Source: Gonapodya sp. JEL0774 (taxonomy: Eukaryota). From it: a stretch of 64,000 bases of DNA. The notes beneath the pieces are model-generated. The model did not search any database. It had not been told where the DNA came from and saw nothing but the letters and a program-made list of their open reading frames with translations. The stretch covers positions 1-64,000 of the forward strand of contig JADIIX010000049.1 in the NCBI GenBank assembly GCA_027604505.1, given 5' to 3'. The translations under genes were made by a program, and so were the position numbers. Each line of letters starts with the position of its first letter. The stretch's first letter is position 1. Shown here one piece after another: positions 35,581-48,770 of the stretch.

Positions 35581-37413
35581 ATGTCAGCCTCAATCGCAGC
35601 GATTTTGACGATTTTTGGGAGAGCGTGTCGCCCAGCCTCGATTTCTCGCACTCTACGCCCTTTTCCCACGCTGGTCATTTGTACAGTCGCAATGTCCATT
35701 CTCTGGAACCTCTGGTTTCAATCTCCAGATCCCGCCATGGTCTCACCACAGAAGCGGAGCCTTTGGGTGACTTACAAGGACTTCAAGCCGAACGAATGCA
35801 CTCGTCATGAAGCGGGTTCGACCAGCCTCGATATGAACTTCGAAGACGGGGTGGACTTCAGTTACCTCCAGGAGGAATGCGTCTCTTCGGAGATTCCTAA
35901 AACCAAAACGGCATTGCTTGGGGTATTTGTGAAACCAGGAGATTTTGAGCGGCGAAGTATGTTGTTTGATGTAAAACTTGGACCTTCGATGTATCAATTG
36001 ACCGGAGAATCGGTTCCTCATCCCCCTGTCACTGCGTAGCTCTCTTTCGTCTCGTTCTCAGACCATTTCTGGAAACACTCGCCAACCCAGCATCCATCGA
36101 TCTCATATTCGTCGTTTGCTCCCCTGGTGGACATTACAAGAACCCGAAATCTCCCACTTCGGAGAAAAACGAAACCTCGCTTCTCCGCCTCGAACGAGCC
36201 ACTTATGGCGACTTGCTGGTACTCGAATCTTGCGAAGAGGAGAACATAGACGCGGGGAAGACTCAATTTTTCTTCAGAGAGGTGGCGGCCAGGTGGGAGA
36301 AGCTCGTAAGGAAGGTCTTGAAGAGTCGAGAGGGGAATCGGCTGCAAGGTGTGGAACTTGAGAATCAAGTGCAGGAGACCCTCCTTGGATCGATACCTTA
36401 TCAAATGGTAGCAAAAGTGAGAGCAGGACCTCTGTTGCGCATTCTTGTGGAAGTTCTCGAAATGAAATGAAACTTGCCGAATCCCCTGCGTACCACGGCC
36501 TTATCTCCCCCTCTCCACCGCCTCACCTGCACACCACCCACCCACACCTGGCTTCGAAATGACTTAAAGCTGGATTCAGACACATTCCCACACCTCATGA
36601 ACCTTGAACATCAATTGGCTGATTTACCTTACTTTTTTCGAGTTCCAACGGAACCTGCTCCAATCATTAATCACACAATTCAAAAGAACACGGTGAACAT
36701 TCTTCCTTCAAACACAAGAGGAAATATTTCCACGGGTTGTGATATTTCCATTGGGCCTTGCACTCTGAACACGCGACCCGGGCAATATCAACGAACATAT
36801 TGGGGTCGGATCCAAGCTCCAGAGGGAATTTGGGCTCATGGGCCTTTGTATGCGATAAGCTGGGACTGTGAGTTCGAGTACATTGCTGGCAATGCAAAAG
36901 CACGAAGTCACTTGATGCCACATTCCTCCGTAACTCCTTCGGGCATCCAATTTCAAATCAGTTGTCGAGCTCCTTGCTGCGGTGCCGCTATCTGCCATAC
37001 CCTTGGCCGGTCACGAAGACCAACTATTGGGCAAAACTCTTCACAAACTTGCAGCAAACCTGGTGGCGATACCACCAGACCCTGCACTGGTGGTGGCCAG
37101 ATACCCGGATGCAAGCCCACGACACATGAACTGCCTCAGCGACTGGCTCAACAACTTTGAGCACATCAACTCGAGTAGGTTTTGGCGCAAACCTTGGCAC
37201 CGCGGTTTCATATCCGTACATGATCTCAAGGATCCGCTCAAATTTGTTGAGGTTGGGGAAGTGTGGCGGCGGGTCTTCAATGAAAAGAAGGATCCCGTAT
37301 GGGATCACGCAGGAAACCAAATTCATCCAGCTAAAGTGTCGGAAATCGTGTTGGGCACGAACTATAGAATGAAAGTATTCGAAATTCGAGACGCGGAGGT
37401 GATGCGGGCGTAG
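35581..37413 (+). CDS. Glycosyltransferase family 31 (beta-1,3-galactosyltransferase-like), copy a
   Basis: N-terminal TM, FERR, E..TYGDLLVL..EENIDAGKTQFFF, K|LDSDTF, GPLYAISWD and EDQLLG. Confidence 0.82.
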
Positions 37414-37634
37414 AAGGAAGGGAGAACATGAAATTAGCAATGCTAGCATCGAACTACCATCAACGAATATGATCCACTTATCGGGCAAACCATCGAGGTG
37501 GTAAATGTTCTCCTATTAATCTTCATTTTTGCAGAAACAGGATATCATAGATATTAACATTAACATTCGGTACAGCAAAACACGATCTCAAATTCTAAGT
37601 TCTAAGGATGGGAATTGTCTCTGCCTGAAGACAC

Positions 37635-39317
37635 CTATAATTTTCTCAAATCCCAGAACCGCCCATTCCATGCGAGTTCCCTTTTCGCGTCTCCTTCCAG
37701 CTTGTTCCCGAACGAATCGTAGATTGGATCTTCCTCTCCACCAAACACTCGTCTCCACATTTCAGCAGAGTCCCACAAGAATCGAGATTCCTTGAGTCCT
37801 CGATGCACCAGAATGGTCGATCTACGCCAAGGCGCACGGAAGCTGGTGGGAGAGCTGGGATGGTCAGCTATATCTATCCAATTAGAGAATTTGTTCAGGA
37901 CTCGGGGATACGCTCCGGGAAATCTTTCAAGAATGTGCGGAGGGTCGGGAGGCAACGGTTGCAGTGCTTCAGATAATTTCCGCATGTTCAGTCCAAACAC
38001 GTCGTCTTCCGGACCGCGGAGGCGGAGTTGATCGATAGATATGGTAGATAAGAACTCGCAAACTGCAAAGAAAATAGGTGGAAGTGCATTTTGTAGCTGG
38101 GTCCGGATCCCGCGAAACTCACGATCCCATGACACTCCGTAACTCCATCCATATGCATAGTTGGGATTCATTTGACCCCAGTACACCCTCTGGTAGTGTC
38201 CTGGACGCACGTTCAGGGTGTAATTGTGTTCTTTTAAAGCATCGTTTTTGGTGACATTTCCCGGAACCATGGCCCAGGATGCAGTGGAGCCCAAACGAAG
38301 ATGTGACGGTGCCCGGAAGAAATCGGGTAGATTTGCGAGATGCGTCCAGAGATTCGGGAGGACTGCGAACGTGTCGTCATCCATCTACATACCAGAAAAC
38401 GTGAGCATCCTCATACAGAATTGCAAAGCGGGCTGGAAAATTACTTTCAGAACCATTTCGTACGGAACAACTGATTGGACAATGGCTCGAACGGATTGTT
38501 CCGACTCCTCTTTCGTTGCGTTCCAACCTCCAGCATCGCGGTGCAAAACCCGTCGAACCCGTGCTTCCCATCGTCGGTAGACTTCTCGAAAATAGAAGAT
38601 GGACTTTCCATTGTTCATTTGCTCGTCTTCGCAAGTATCCAAGATGAGTAAATCACCGTGGGTGGTCTGCTCAATCTGCAAAAGACTGGTGTAGTTGCTG
38701 GGAACGGCATTGGGGCCGGTTTTCGTTGGGATCTTAGGACTGCACAGGACAAAAACTAGATCCAAGAGCTTTTCGCTCGGTGTTCCTCGCGTAAGAGGCT
38801 TGAATGCCATTCGGATCAGAGCTGTTACACCAACAGAAAAATTTCAAAGATATCCAAGGAAAGAACGACACAAGTCCTTCAAATCACCTCTTCTCTCAAA
38901 TCTTTCGGCTGTCGAGAATAATCCGACCAAGACTGTTTTCGTTTTGGGCATCGTCACTTCACAGTCTGCTACCATTTGTGTAAAAGTTCCGGGTAGTTCA
39001 AGGAGACTCAGATCCATAAATTTCGAGGACATGTCAATGTTGGGAACGTGTTGGCAGAATGCCAGGTCCTGGGCAGTATTAGCGGTGTCCAGGAGTACAT
39101 GGAGGTTGTCCTCCTTTATTCGAAGAATCCCACACACTAGCACAGTGACCAGGATCGCACATAGCACAAAGACAGTCATAATAGACCGCGATTGGAGCCA
39201 TTGTACCGACTCCTGACTCTTGAGCATCGGATGGTTGTCGGTGTCGGTGATCGAATCCACTCTTTTGCTTATGTCTCGAGCAGGCGTCGTCCCCAAGTTC
39301 TCCAGGTCTGCCATCAT
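37635..39317 (-). CDS. Glycosyltransferase family 31, copy b (convergent paralog)
   Basis: KTKTVLVGLF...FERR, HGDLLILDTCEDEQMNNGKSIFYF, MDDDTF, GWSYGVSWD and EDDVFG. Same intron layout as copy a. Confidence 0.82.
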
Positions 39318-40530
39318 TTCTCAGCCTGTTGCTGAAATGTTTGCGCTCCAGACTAAACAAAATCGGTGTTTTTCTCGTGAGCGTCGGTCCCCTTTCCGTT
39401 CGCGTCGCCGTTGCGGGCGCACGGTAGTCGCACCATTTTCAGCCAGCGTTGAACTCCCGTCCCTGGAAGGGCACATTGTTGTGTTCAGACCCTTGATCAA
39501 GTCGGACAAAACCCCACTAAAATTCGATGATGGGCAGACTTCTACTCTATGCGTGAATTTGATTTGGGCTTCAATGCTCCACTGCAGGAAACAGCCGCGT
39601 GAAACAAGCCAGCAAAAGCAATCCCATGATCCCTCCTTGACCTTCACACCGGCCAGTACTTATATATTTCAATGCGAACGCAGAAATAAACTTAAGCTAA
39701 AACCGGCACATTCGTGCCACGCACGCTGAGTGTCATCATCTTTTCACTTCTTTGACGGCGAAGAAACCGTTGAAGGGAGAACATCATTGCGTTTCAAACT
39801 AGAAGAGGTGCGGAAATCACCACCATGATGTGGATTGAAGCGTGAAGACGTGGGTCGCATAATGTACATCTCAACAACAAATTACTCCATGTAATGCGGC
39901 AACAATCCATGTTGGCCTCTACCTCGCAAACCCAAACCTTTCCAGACAACACCATCGCGAGTCCAAGCCCACGTTCACAGTCCAAGTTCCGGTTCACAAA
40001 GTCAAGCCATCGAACGAAAGCAAGATTCTCTACAGCCGAAAGATCCAAGTGAGTAAGTCAGCACGGACAGTTGAGTTGTGGAAGGGGAAGTATGCTAGTA
40101 GTGCCCACGGCCAATTGTAAAAGAACGGGGGAAAACGGAATGTGGTGGCGGATACAATTTCGCAACCAAAGTATTGCGTCATGGAACAAAAGGACAGAGG
40201 GTCAGTCAGTGCGACCGATGAGCGAATGTGAGGAGCATCGCAAGGGCGAAGGTGAGAACCGTGGGGGGATTCAGTGGGTTGTCGGAGCGTGGATTCGATG
40301 TTCGACCGCGTATGTAGAGACGAGAGTGACCACGCTCTCCGGCGGGTCTCGAGAGTTGGTAGAACAAAATCGAACGTTTTGGAGGGGTTCGGGCCTGTCC
40401 AGTACACTGTCCGAAAGGCAAGCATGCGTCAGTTTACGCCATCCGGTCAACGTTGAGATTTGACAGCTGGAGGCTGGGCTTGACTAGACTTGAGCGATGT
40501 TGCGGTACCGATCTGCAGGATCCCGTCCGA

Positions 40531-41089
40531 CTATTGGGCAGAGCCGACAGCCGAAGCTCCCTTTGCATCCCCAACGACCTTGAGACACAACTGGACAAAC
40601 TCTTCGACCTCAGAGACATTCACTCTGGCCGAGTCGAGCTTCTTTTCGGGGTTCGGAGCCGAATCGATATCCTTCAGCGCGTCACGGAGTTGGGAGTTGG
40701 CGAGCAGTGTGCGCAGAGAAGGATTGAGGGCGAGAGCGCGTAGTTGGTCTTGTGAGAGGGCTGAGTCCTCGTCGTCAGGTTGTTGGGAGGTAGAAGGGGT
40801 TGTAGGGACAGGCGGGGGTGGAGATGGGTGGGACGGGGTCTCCGGTTTCTTACACGAGTCTGGCGAGTGAAATGGAGGGAGCGAGGAATGAAGGACAGGG
40901 GCGGAGAAAAGAAAGCAGAAAATAGGAGGAGGTCGCGAGAAGAAAAGAGAATAAAAGAAAGAAGAATGCGATACCTTTGTGGGACTTGAAGCAGGGGAGA
41001 GAGCAGTAGAGAATAAGACAGGTTGGACACTTGTACTTGAACGGGGCATCCGAGCATACGGCGCATTTTGGTAATTGAGTTGGGGCCAT
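40531..41089 (-). CDS. HIT1: Zinc finger HIT domain protein 3 (snoRNP assembly factor Hit1)
   Basis: CAVC...KYKCPTC..YCSLPCFKSHK and a C-terminal helical region (LRTLLANSQLRDALKDID...EFVQLCLKVV). One intron. Confidence 0.88.
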
Positions 41090-41966
41090 CCAGAGTGGAG
41101 GGAGCTCGTGTTACAGTAAGCGGAATAGACGACCAATCAGTACAATGGCAAGATTTGCTGATCCAGTGGGTGCTTTGGTCATGCAGTGCACCCAAAGAAA
41201 AAGAAATAATTTCCTGAAGTCCATCTAGAGGTCTCTGGCAACGTTCCTCAGTCTGTTTGAGGTTTTCCGACCACTTCCCAGATGCAAATGATGGACTGCC
41301 TTTGAGATCCAGTCCAGCCACACATATGCGACTGACACACTCAGACATATATTTTCACGTTGATAAATGCTCACGATTTAGCCTCATTGATTTTAGCACG
41401 CCATGGTTCACAGTGCGGGTTTGGGGAACGGTGAAACTCGCGTTCAAGGGTTCATCGTGCCGATGAATCACCACCCACAAGATCCCAACCCATCGTGCAT
41501 CATATAGAAAAGAAAATTCAGGTGAGCTATTCAAATACTCTAATCTGGTACTACAAAGAGAACGAGGTCAGGTTAATTACTAGAAGAGCTCGAAAATACC
41601 GGTTGTGTGCAGGGAAATGGATAGATATTACTTATTACTTTTATTACTCCTTACTTCTTGTATTACAGCCTGCACTGCCACCTCCGAGAATTGGTGCAAT
41701 CGGGGAATCCGTTTCGTTATTTCCGCGAGCGACGGCCCCATCCAATCAGTCCAATATATAACATAAATATATGGACTGAAGATGGAGTCGGAACAGAAAC
41801 CTCTTGGAATCAGTCTTCTTTAACCAAACACACATAGTCCAAACTTTGAGCTGTGTCATCCCCGACAGACACCCGCGACTCCGTATCACTCTCGAAGTTT
41901 CAAACAACCGTGCCCAAGTCTTCCGTCGGAATCCAGATCCAGAACTCCATCCGTCACGCTCCCATT

Positions 41967-42623
41967 ATGCACCTCACATCACCGTCCTGCCTGCTTGTCG
42001 CGCTTGTCGCCTCAATAGCTATCGCACGTGCCACTGCGGATATGTATGTGCTTCGAAACTGCAGCACCTACAGTTCGTGGGAGGAAGTTGCACTCTATAA
42101 CGGAGGTCCGACTTACATCTCATACGATACTGCGTACGATGTTGTTATATCGAGTAATCCGGCGGCACCGGGTAGTGGCGGCAGGGGTGTCAATGGGACG
42201 ACACATTACAGCGGCACGGATGGCGCCTTCCCAATCACGACATTTGGAGGAATAGGTAGATACGCCAACGGCAGAGACCCCATGAACGGCCCCAATGGTC
42301 CTCGTGCGGATCTTGTAGAAATCACTTTGAAGAAAGATTTCAAGAGAGTTATGGCGTGGTACCAGTGTGGCACCGCCAGCTTGTACAACATCAAGCCGGG
42401 GGCATACGATTCTCTAACTGGACAGCACCCTGATACGTATGTGTCATACAAGTCTGGTATCCCAGTTTACAGGTGAGGCTTCCAGGCAACTTGACCCCAC
42501 TCGGTTCGCATAACTTCCTGGCCTTACCTGTTTTCGTGCAGAGCTCCTGGAGATCTGGTTGAGGGTGACGGAGTGTCGAAAGGCGTCAAGAGTTGCTGGG
42601 CACAGGCGTGGTTCATGGTGTGA
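41967..42623 (+). CDS. Small secreted protein, family member B (2 exons, intact)
   Basis: Signal peptide, then DMYVLRNC...SGIPVYR, an intron, and APGDLVEGDGVSKGVKSCWAQAWFMV*. Confidence 0.8.
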
Positions 42624-43148
42624 TCGGCAACATTATTTTTGGCTTGTGGTCAATGGAGCATAGCATGGGCAGTCAGACCAGTGTACTGTGCCAGTACCTC
42701 ATCTCTTGATTTATGTAATGTGATCTATAGTGGAGATTGTCTGCTCGTACTGAGATGTCCAAGAAATACAATTTCTTGTTCGCATTCCACTAGTCGACTG
42801 GAGGACAAACTCTGGCCACGCGCTGAAACTTGATACTTCAAGATTTGGCTTCTCAACGTGCTCACGGTTTGTACGTACCAAGTTGCATTATTGGCCGCCT
42901 GGCTAATCAGAGCAGAAGTGGAAAGCACCGACAGCCCCCGACTGTGAGAAGTATTGCCACCGCCGAATACCGCATAAGGGATTAACATAAAAAGTAAAAA
43001 ATGTAGGAAATGCGTGTGTAGTCAATAGTTGACGGAAAGGTTGCAAGTTGCATGAAGTATACTGGGGAAGGTATTAGACAGTTTTTATCGAAAGCCGGGG
43101 CGCGACACCCACTAACAGCGATATCTTGTCTCTCATAACCATCCCGCC

Positions 43149-43777
43149 ATGCACATCTCTTCGGCTTCCCACTTTCTTGGAACCTTACTTTTCACCATCT
43201 CTATCCGTGCATCCTTGGGGAGCAACTTCGTCCTCCGCCAATGCGAAAAGGGAGGAACCAACTATTTCTCCGAAACGGTCGGATATGGGATTGAGAACGG
43301 GATGAGCTATACTTACTCGGAAAAACCCACCTCAAGCGCCCACTCTGTACAAAACGTGGAAGACTAAACCCCGTGTACTTACCTCGGATCTCCGGGCATC
43401 TGCCGCATATTCGTCAACTACGACTTTCAGCAGTCTGGCACAATTCCCTTCAGAGTCACGTTTCACGAGGGTAGCAACTATACGTCTTCGGCAGCGTGGA
43501 GCGAGGCTGGCTCGGGGTATGTGACATACTCCAGCACCTCTACGATGGGCAAGATTTACAAGTGAGTACCATGTTTAATGTCACCCTTGTTGAGCACAAG
43601 AAGCACGTCTAGTCGTGCATCAGTAGTGGCTGGTCTGACATTGTGTTGTTTGTATCGTACTTTTCCCCTTTCGTTTGACGCCTGTGCGAGTGCAGACTGC
43701 CGGGTGACTTGGTGGAGGGTTCCTGGAACGGTACCGCAAAGTCTTGTTGGACGAAGTCTGTTTTGTTTATTAACTAA
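43149..43777 (+). pseudogene. Small secreted protein, family member C, with one in-frame TAA at 43365-43367
   Basis: SNFVLRQC...VED*TPC...WSEAGSGYVTY...GKIYK, an intron, then LPGDLVEGSWNGTAKSCWTKSVLFIN*. The frame is otherwise open. Confidence 0.78.
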
Positions 43778-45020
43778 GCAAGACTGAAAGAGGGGGAGAA
43801 TTCGGATATGTGACATACTAGAAGGTCATGAAAGGATGGCGAGAAACAGTTGCGACCCGAACCGAGAACATACTCCGCCAGTTCAATGGAAGGTTGATCT
43901 TATTGTCGATGAAAAGTCACATCAAGATACATTTTGTAAATGCTGATGATAACGCAACCGAAGCGACGAGCTTTGTTCCGGTGTGGTAAAAGGAAGAAGA
44001 TTGAAACATGTTCCAGGTTCCATGAGCGAGTTCAAAGACAGAGCACAATATGTCACAATATGTACCCGCCGTGGCAAAGATTGGGGTGTGAGAGGCTAGT
44101 AAACTTCTGCGCAAAGGGAAGGGAAATATAGCCGGGAGAAAGGGGTACCTGGTGGACGAAAAGAATCACAAGTTTGGAGTTTCATTCGGTGTGGTGCCCT
44201 CTATTACGCATAAGAAACTTATTTGAGAGAACCGTTGGCGAGAGATGGCTGTTGTCGATCAAGAACAGGTGCGCGTCCCGGCGCTCGGTTGAACCTGACA
44301 GTTCAGGGCAGCTGGACTCCCCTTCAAAACTTTCAAGGTCCACCAGTCCACCGCACGTATATATGCAAAAGCCAAAATTCTATTGATCGCTTTTAAGAGT
44401 CGCTGACATCACAGGTGAGGCAACAAAGTGACAAGACAGCGCCGTGCTTTTCGGTCACTGCCGTGCCTTGCCTTCATGCCCAACCGCTCCGTTGAGCAGC
44501 GTGACCGCCTGTGACCGCGCTGACGATGCCCCCACCAGCCCTCACCACCGTGCGAAGCGGGTTCGTCATCCACGATGTTTTATGAACTCCATCACACCCC
44601 CATAACTGGGTGCACCACGGAAGGAGAAACGAGATTTTTCAAAGTAGAAAATAGTCCAAGAAATTATGATCATGGGCAGATCATGGGCGTCACCAGTCAT
44701 TACGAGGGGAGCAAGGTACATAGTTGGGGGTTGAAACAAATATATATTGAAGGGCGCAAATATATATTGAAGGGAGGACTAGGAGTGGGGGCCCGCCACA
44801 GCAGTAGCAAGCAGCTGCGTCCTCATCTGTCCCCATCTCCACAAAGAGCTCGTTGAAATCTCTTTTGCAGCGTTTTTCTGTTCGACATTCCGCATCAATC
44901 GTCATTAGGGTTTTCAGGTGATTTCGAGCCGTCTCCCGCCTCTCCCTCCTTCCCAGTTTGGTCCCTCACCTTCCCCGTCAGTCCCGTCATTATCTCGTTT
45001 CACCTATCTCCCATCCCGCG

Positions 45021-45654
45021 ATGCGTCTCCCATCCCAGCTCCGCCTTCTCGCCGCCCTTTTCCTCGCCGTCACCGTCACCGTCCGCCCGTACTCCGCAAC
45101 TACTCCAAGCCAGTTCGTCCTCCTTCCCCGAAGCCGTCGGTTACGGGCTCCTCGAAGGGGGCACGGCCGTACCCTTCACCACCAATGTGGGGCCCACGAG
45201 CATGCCTTCGGAGTACCGGGGCCCGTTCGAGCCGTTTTGTAAGTCGGCCACGGTAGACAAGTGCGGGTGCAAGCGGTTCGCCAACTTCAACCTTCAACCG
45301 CTCAACCAAGGGGCGAGTCTGCGGGTACCGTTCATGCTCACCTTCCAACTGGTGGACAACTACAGGTCCCTCTCGGTGTGGGGCGAGGCAGGGTCCGGGT
45401 ACTTCACATACGCGAACGAGGTGGCGCCGGCGGACAAGAATAGGGGCAAGGTGTACAAGTGAGTGCCCGTGTTGCGTGGACCACGACCGTTGGGTAGTGT
45501 TGGTGGTGGTGAGCCCGGATCTCGTTGACGTAATGCCGTTTCGGTTCGATTCTCCCCCCCCACCCCTTCAAACAGTCTGCCGGGTGATCTTGTCGAAGGC
45601 GGGCCCGGAGCGGCCAAGTCGTGTTGGGGGCTGGCCGTCTTGATGGTCAGCTGA
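45021..45654 (+). pseudogene. Small secreted protein, family member D (frameshifted near the 5' end)
   Basis: The signal peptide, VLRNY and FPEAVGYG lie in three different frames. Then WGEAGSGYFTY...GKVY, an intron, and LPGDLVEGGPGAAKSCWGLAVLMVS*. Confidence 0.78.
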
Positions 45655-46159
45655 CGGAAACCGATTCCTTTTGAACCGCATGAGGAGATAGAGAGAGGGG
45701 ACAGTAGCAAATGTGTCCCCCCATGCGAATGTATGTATGTAACTCATGTGCGACGAATTAATTTGCTTTTTTCGCCACTCGTTTTTTTTGGGTGGGGGGG
45801 AGAGGGTGGAGGGGCGGGGTCGCTGAGTTGAATCGGGTTGACACTTCACACAGTTGAATGGCGGTTGTGTTCAAGCAGTTCTTGGGTTTTGGTGGAACCT
45901 GAATCCCCATGAGCGACGGAGCCGCCGCTTCCATGGGCCCGGTTCCAACGACCCAACAAACGCCGCGTGCATTTTGCTTCTCCCCCCCTCCCCTCCCCCC
46001 CCCTCCCCCTCCTCCCCGCCCCGGCTGGTTGACAGGTGGTCCCCAGGGGTGACGGTGCCACAAGCTATGTGAATGAACCCTTGGTCTCTCACGCACTGCC
46101 AGACCCAAGCGGGCCATCCCCTGTCATCCTCCTGCACCACGATTTCCAATCGGGTTTTC

Positions 46160-46249
46160 GTGCAGAGCGCCTGGAGATCTGGTTGATGGTGACGGAAAGT
46201 CGGAAAGAGTCAAGAGTTGCTGTGTGCACATGCGTAGTTTATGGTGTGA
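46160..46249 (+). pseudogene. Orphan last exon of the secreted family (member E, closest to B)
   Basis: gtgcag|agcgcctggagatctggttgatggtgacgga...aagagttgctg...atggtgtga closely matches 42536-42623. It is frameshifted and no recognisable exon 1 was found. Confidence 0.75.
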
Positions 46250-47141
46250 CAGATGGGCGATCCTCTGTGCGACCTGACTTAGATACTTTACCACCAAGAA
46301 AGATGTACAGGCGGTCAACCCATGGAATCTTTCAAAAAAGAAGGGCAGGCAGATGGCGATGAATGTGTTGTGTCCGAATATATTGGAGTTCTTCCACTGT
46401 TCCACGCTCGACAATACAACGAAGAAAGCATTGCCCACGCAATCCATGTAAAGATTTGGGGTGACTTACCCTTCATTGTCGTCGTCGTCGTCGTGGGTCG
46501 GTGGCCTCCGTCGGTAGGTGTGGGTACTGTTTGTTTGCCTGAAAAACTTCGTATTTAACTTTATTTTTACACGATCCAGTAAATAGACATATTCAATCTT
46601 GTCCATGACTCAAAACCACGAATGTGTGTGTCAAATTGGGGCTGTTTCAACCATTGTGCATACAGCTGTAACATCGATGGCCTGCGTTTCCAGGGATCAG
46701 CGGGAGGTCATGGCGAGGATTCTAAAAGGACAACGAGTCAAATAAAATCCACGTCTCAGTGGAAAATGAAGGACGACTTTTGGGTATGAGAGTCTGATCT
46801 GGGAGTACAGCCGGTGAGAGGTGGTACAGCAAATATCACACGGAAGCGTGATATGGGTTCGGTGACGCGGGACAAAAAGGATCTGAATAGGTCCCCCGGC
46901 ACCAGGGAGAGTTGAAGGGTCACCATATATATAAAAGACCCACAGCGCAACAACACGCGCCCTTTGTTCTCCCAAGCCGCCCCCTCCCGTCTGTACCTAG
47001 CGTGATTGCAAGTTGAGATCTCTCGGCAGGTGATGCCCAGCCGGCAGTGACGTCGGACAGGATATGCCAGTGACCACTTCCGGTCCACTCAAGTCTGGGC
47101 ATGGAGCGTCTCCACCACTGACGTCTCCAATCAACCAACCG

Positions 47142-47607
47142 ATGGGTCGATTCCACACCTGCGCTCTTCACCTCGTGGCTCTCTCCACCTTGCTCGTCTC
47201 TGTCGTCTCTGCGGACTTGTACATGCTCCGCCACTGCAAAGGGCGACAGTTCCATCTACAAGCTCATATCCGGGGAGTGCGCAGCGTTCCCTTAGTTAAA
47301 ATACTACTACGCCGGCGGGAGCACCACCATCTGCACCAGACTGGACATTTCGCAGCAGGGACTCTGCCAGCTGGACGAAAGAGGGTCTGCCTGTGGGTGG
47401 ACAGTGCGCAGTCCCTCGGGAGGTGATCGTCGATGCGAATGGATCAACTGGCGACGACGTGATTCACGACGCCACTCACTGTGGTGGTGTTTAAGTTCAC
47501 GGACGGGTACTTCCCCTTCGTGGCGGGCGATGGGATGTGTCGGGGAGTGTAGGATCTTTATGAACCACGGGGATCCCAATACGTCAGGCGTGCCTGTGTA
47601 CAGGTGA
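47142..47607 (+). pseudogene. Small secreted protein, family member F (degenerate exon 1)
   Basis: Signal peptide, then ADLYMLRHC, several frameshifts/stops, ending SGVPVYR|gtgagt. No last exon recognised. Confidence 0.7.
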
Positions 47608-48319
47608 GTGTGGATGGTCATGGTGAAGTGTAAGGAAAAGTGGAAATGGAGGGTTGTTGGACCGATTGTGTCTGCCCAATCGACTTTGTTGGTGTGGTGT
47701 GGGCCACAACCACATCACTCATCCACCATAAGGGGGCCCCGATCACCACGGATGATGGAAAGTATCAATGCCAACGTATCGTCTAGGACAACCACAAAGG
47801 ACTCGACGCCTGACTCGGATTCGGATTCGCATTTGTCTTCGTCTGAACGTTGTGATGATGAGTAATTCGTATGAGTTTTTCTACAGTGTTTGGGTCAGGT
47901 GGTGTGAATAATACAGCAAGGGTCATAATAAACGACCCATCGTGTAACTTTGCGTGTGGAAATCCTACTCCACAAGCTCTCATCCCGACTTTAGCATTGA
48001 TTCCAAATTTCCCATCAGCGGTAACAGGCTTCACGTGGCCATCTCACATTTGCCTTTCTGCAGAGAAACCAAGCAAGCACTCTCTGATTATGCTTATTGT
48101 CGATCCGGTCCCTTGGAGTTCCTCATACATGCAAACTTACCGAAGGAAGTGCGCCGTGGTCAACGCAAAGATGCCCTACAACCTTTTCTCAACCAGCTCT
48201 ACAAGAACGATCTAAGGAGAATCGACTTCGAATCTCTTACCAACGCGGAGATAGACTCAATGGTTGCTAGATTATATAAACGACGATGTGTTGATGTGGG
48301 GCTGGACCCGCCATAGGTC

Positions 48320-48770
48320 TGGCTCTCCCAGAACCTGAAATGAGCTCGGTGGCGCAATGATCATCCCACCGTGACTGCGCACATCTGCACAACCACCAAG
48401 AATATTGGATGTGGACTTGATGTCAGCGAGGGCTTCGTTCCATCGAAAGTAGAGATGACGGCCACCTCGTTGCGACCGAGCGTGCGACCGAGCGGTCACT
48501 GTGTCCGGTTGACATTGCAATACCTACATCCTCGAGGAATCGTTCCCAGCCGCTGACGACGTCAATGTCTAAAGCGACTATACCAGAAGCAGGGCCAGTC
48601 TGGATCGCGACGGTGTTTTTGAGAGGTACGTTCTTCGCAATGTCCAGATCAAGGTTTTGCCGGTTTTGCCAGTTTCGCGGAGGTTGCAGGTCTTTCTTGT
48701 TGCGCTGTTCATTCCAGGAAAGAGATATTGGGAATGCAACCCATTTCAGCTGCCAGTACGGGTTGAGATT
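48320..48770 (-). pseudogene. Bifunctional primase-polymerase (Prim-Pol, AEP superfamily) fragment, viral/MGE-like
   Basis: VAIQTGPASGIVALDID (motif I), then a frameshift at ~48515, RGGRHLYF (motif II) and DVRSHGGMIIAPPS (motif III). No introns. Confidence 0.82.

Noticed and set aside
39794..40463. ORFs between GT31 copy b and HIT1
   Set aside because: No family similarity I can support. Probably UTR or intergenic sequence.
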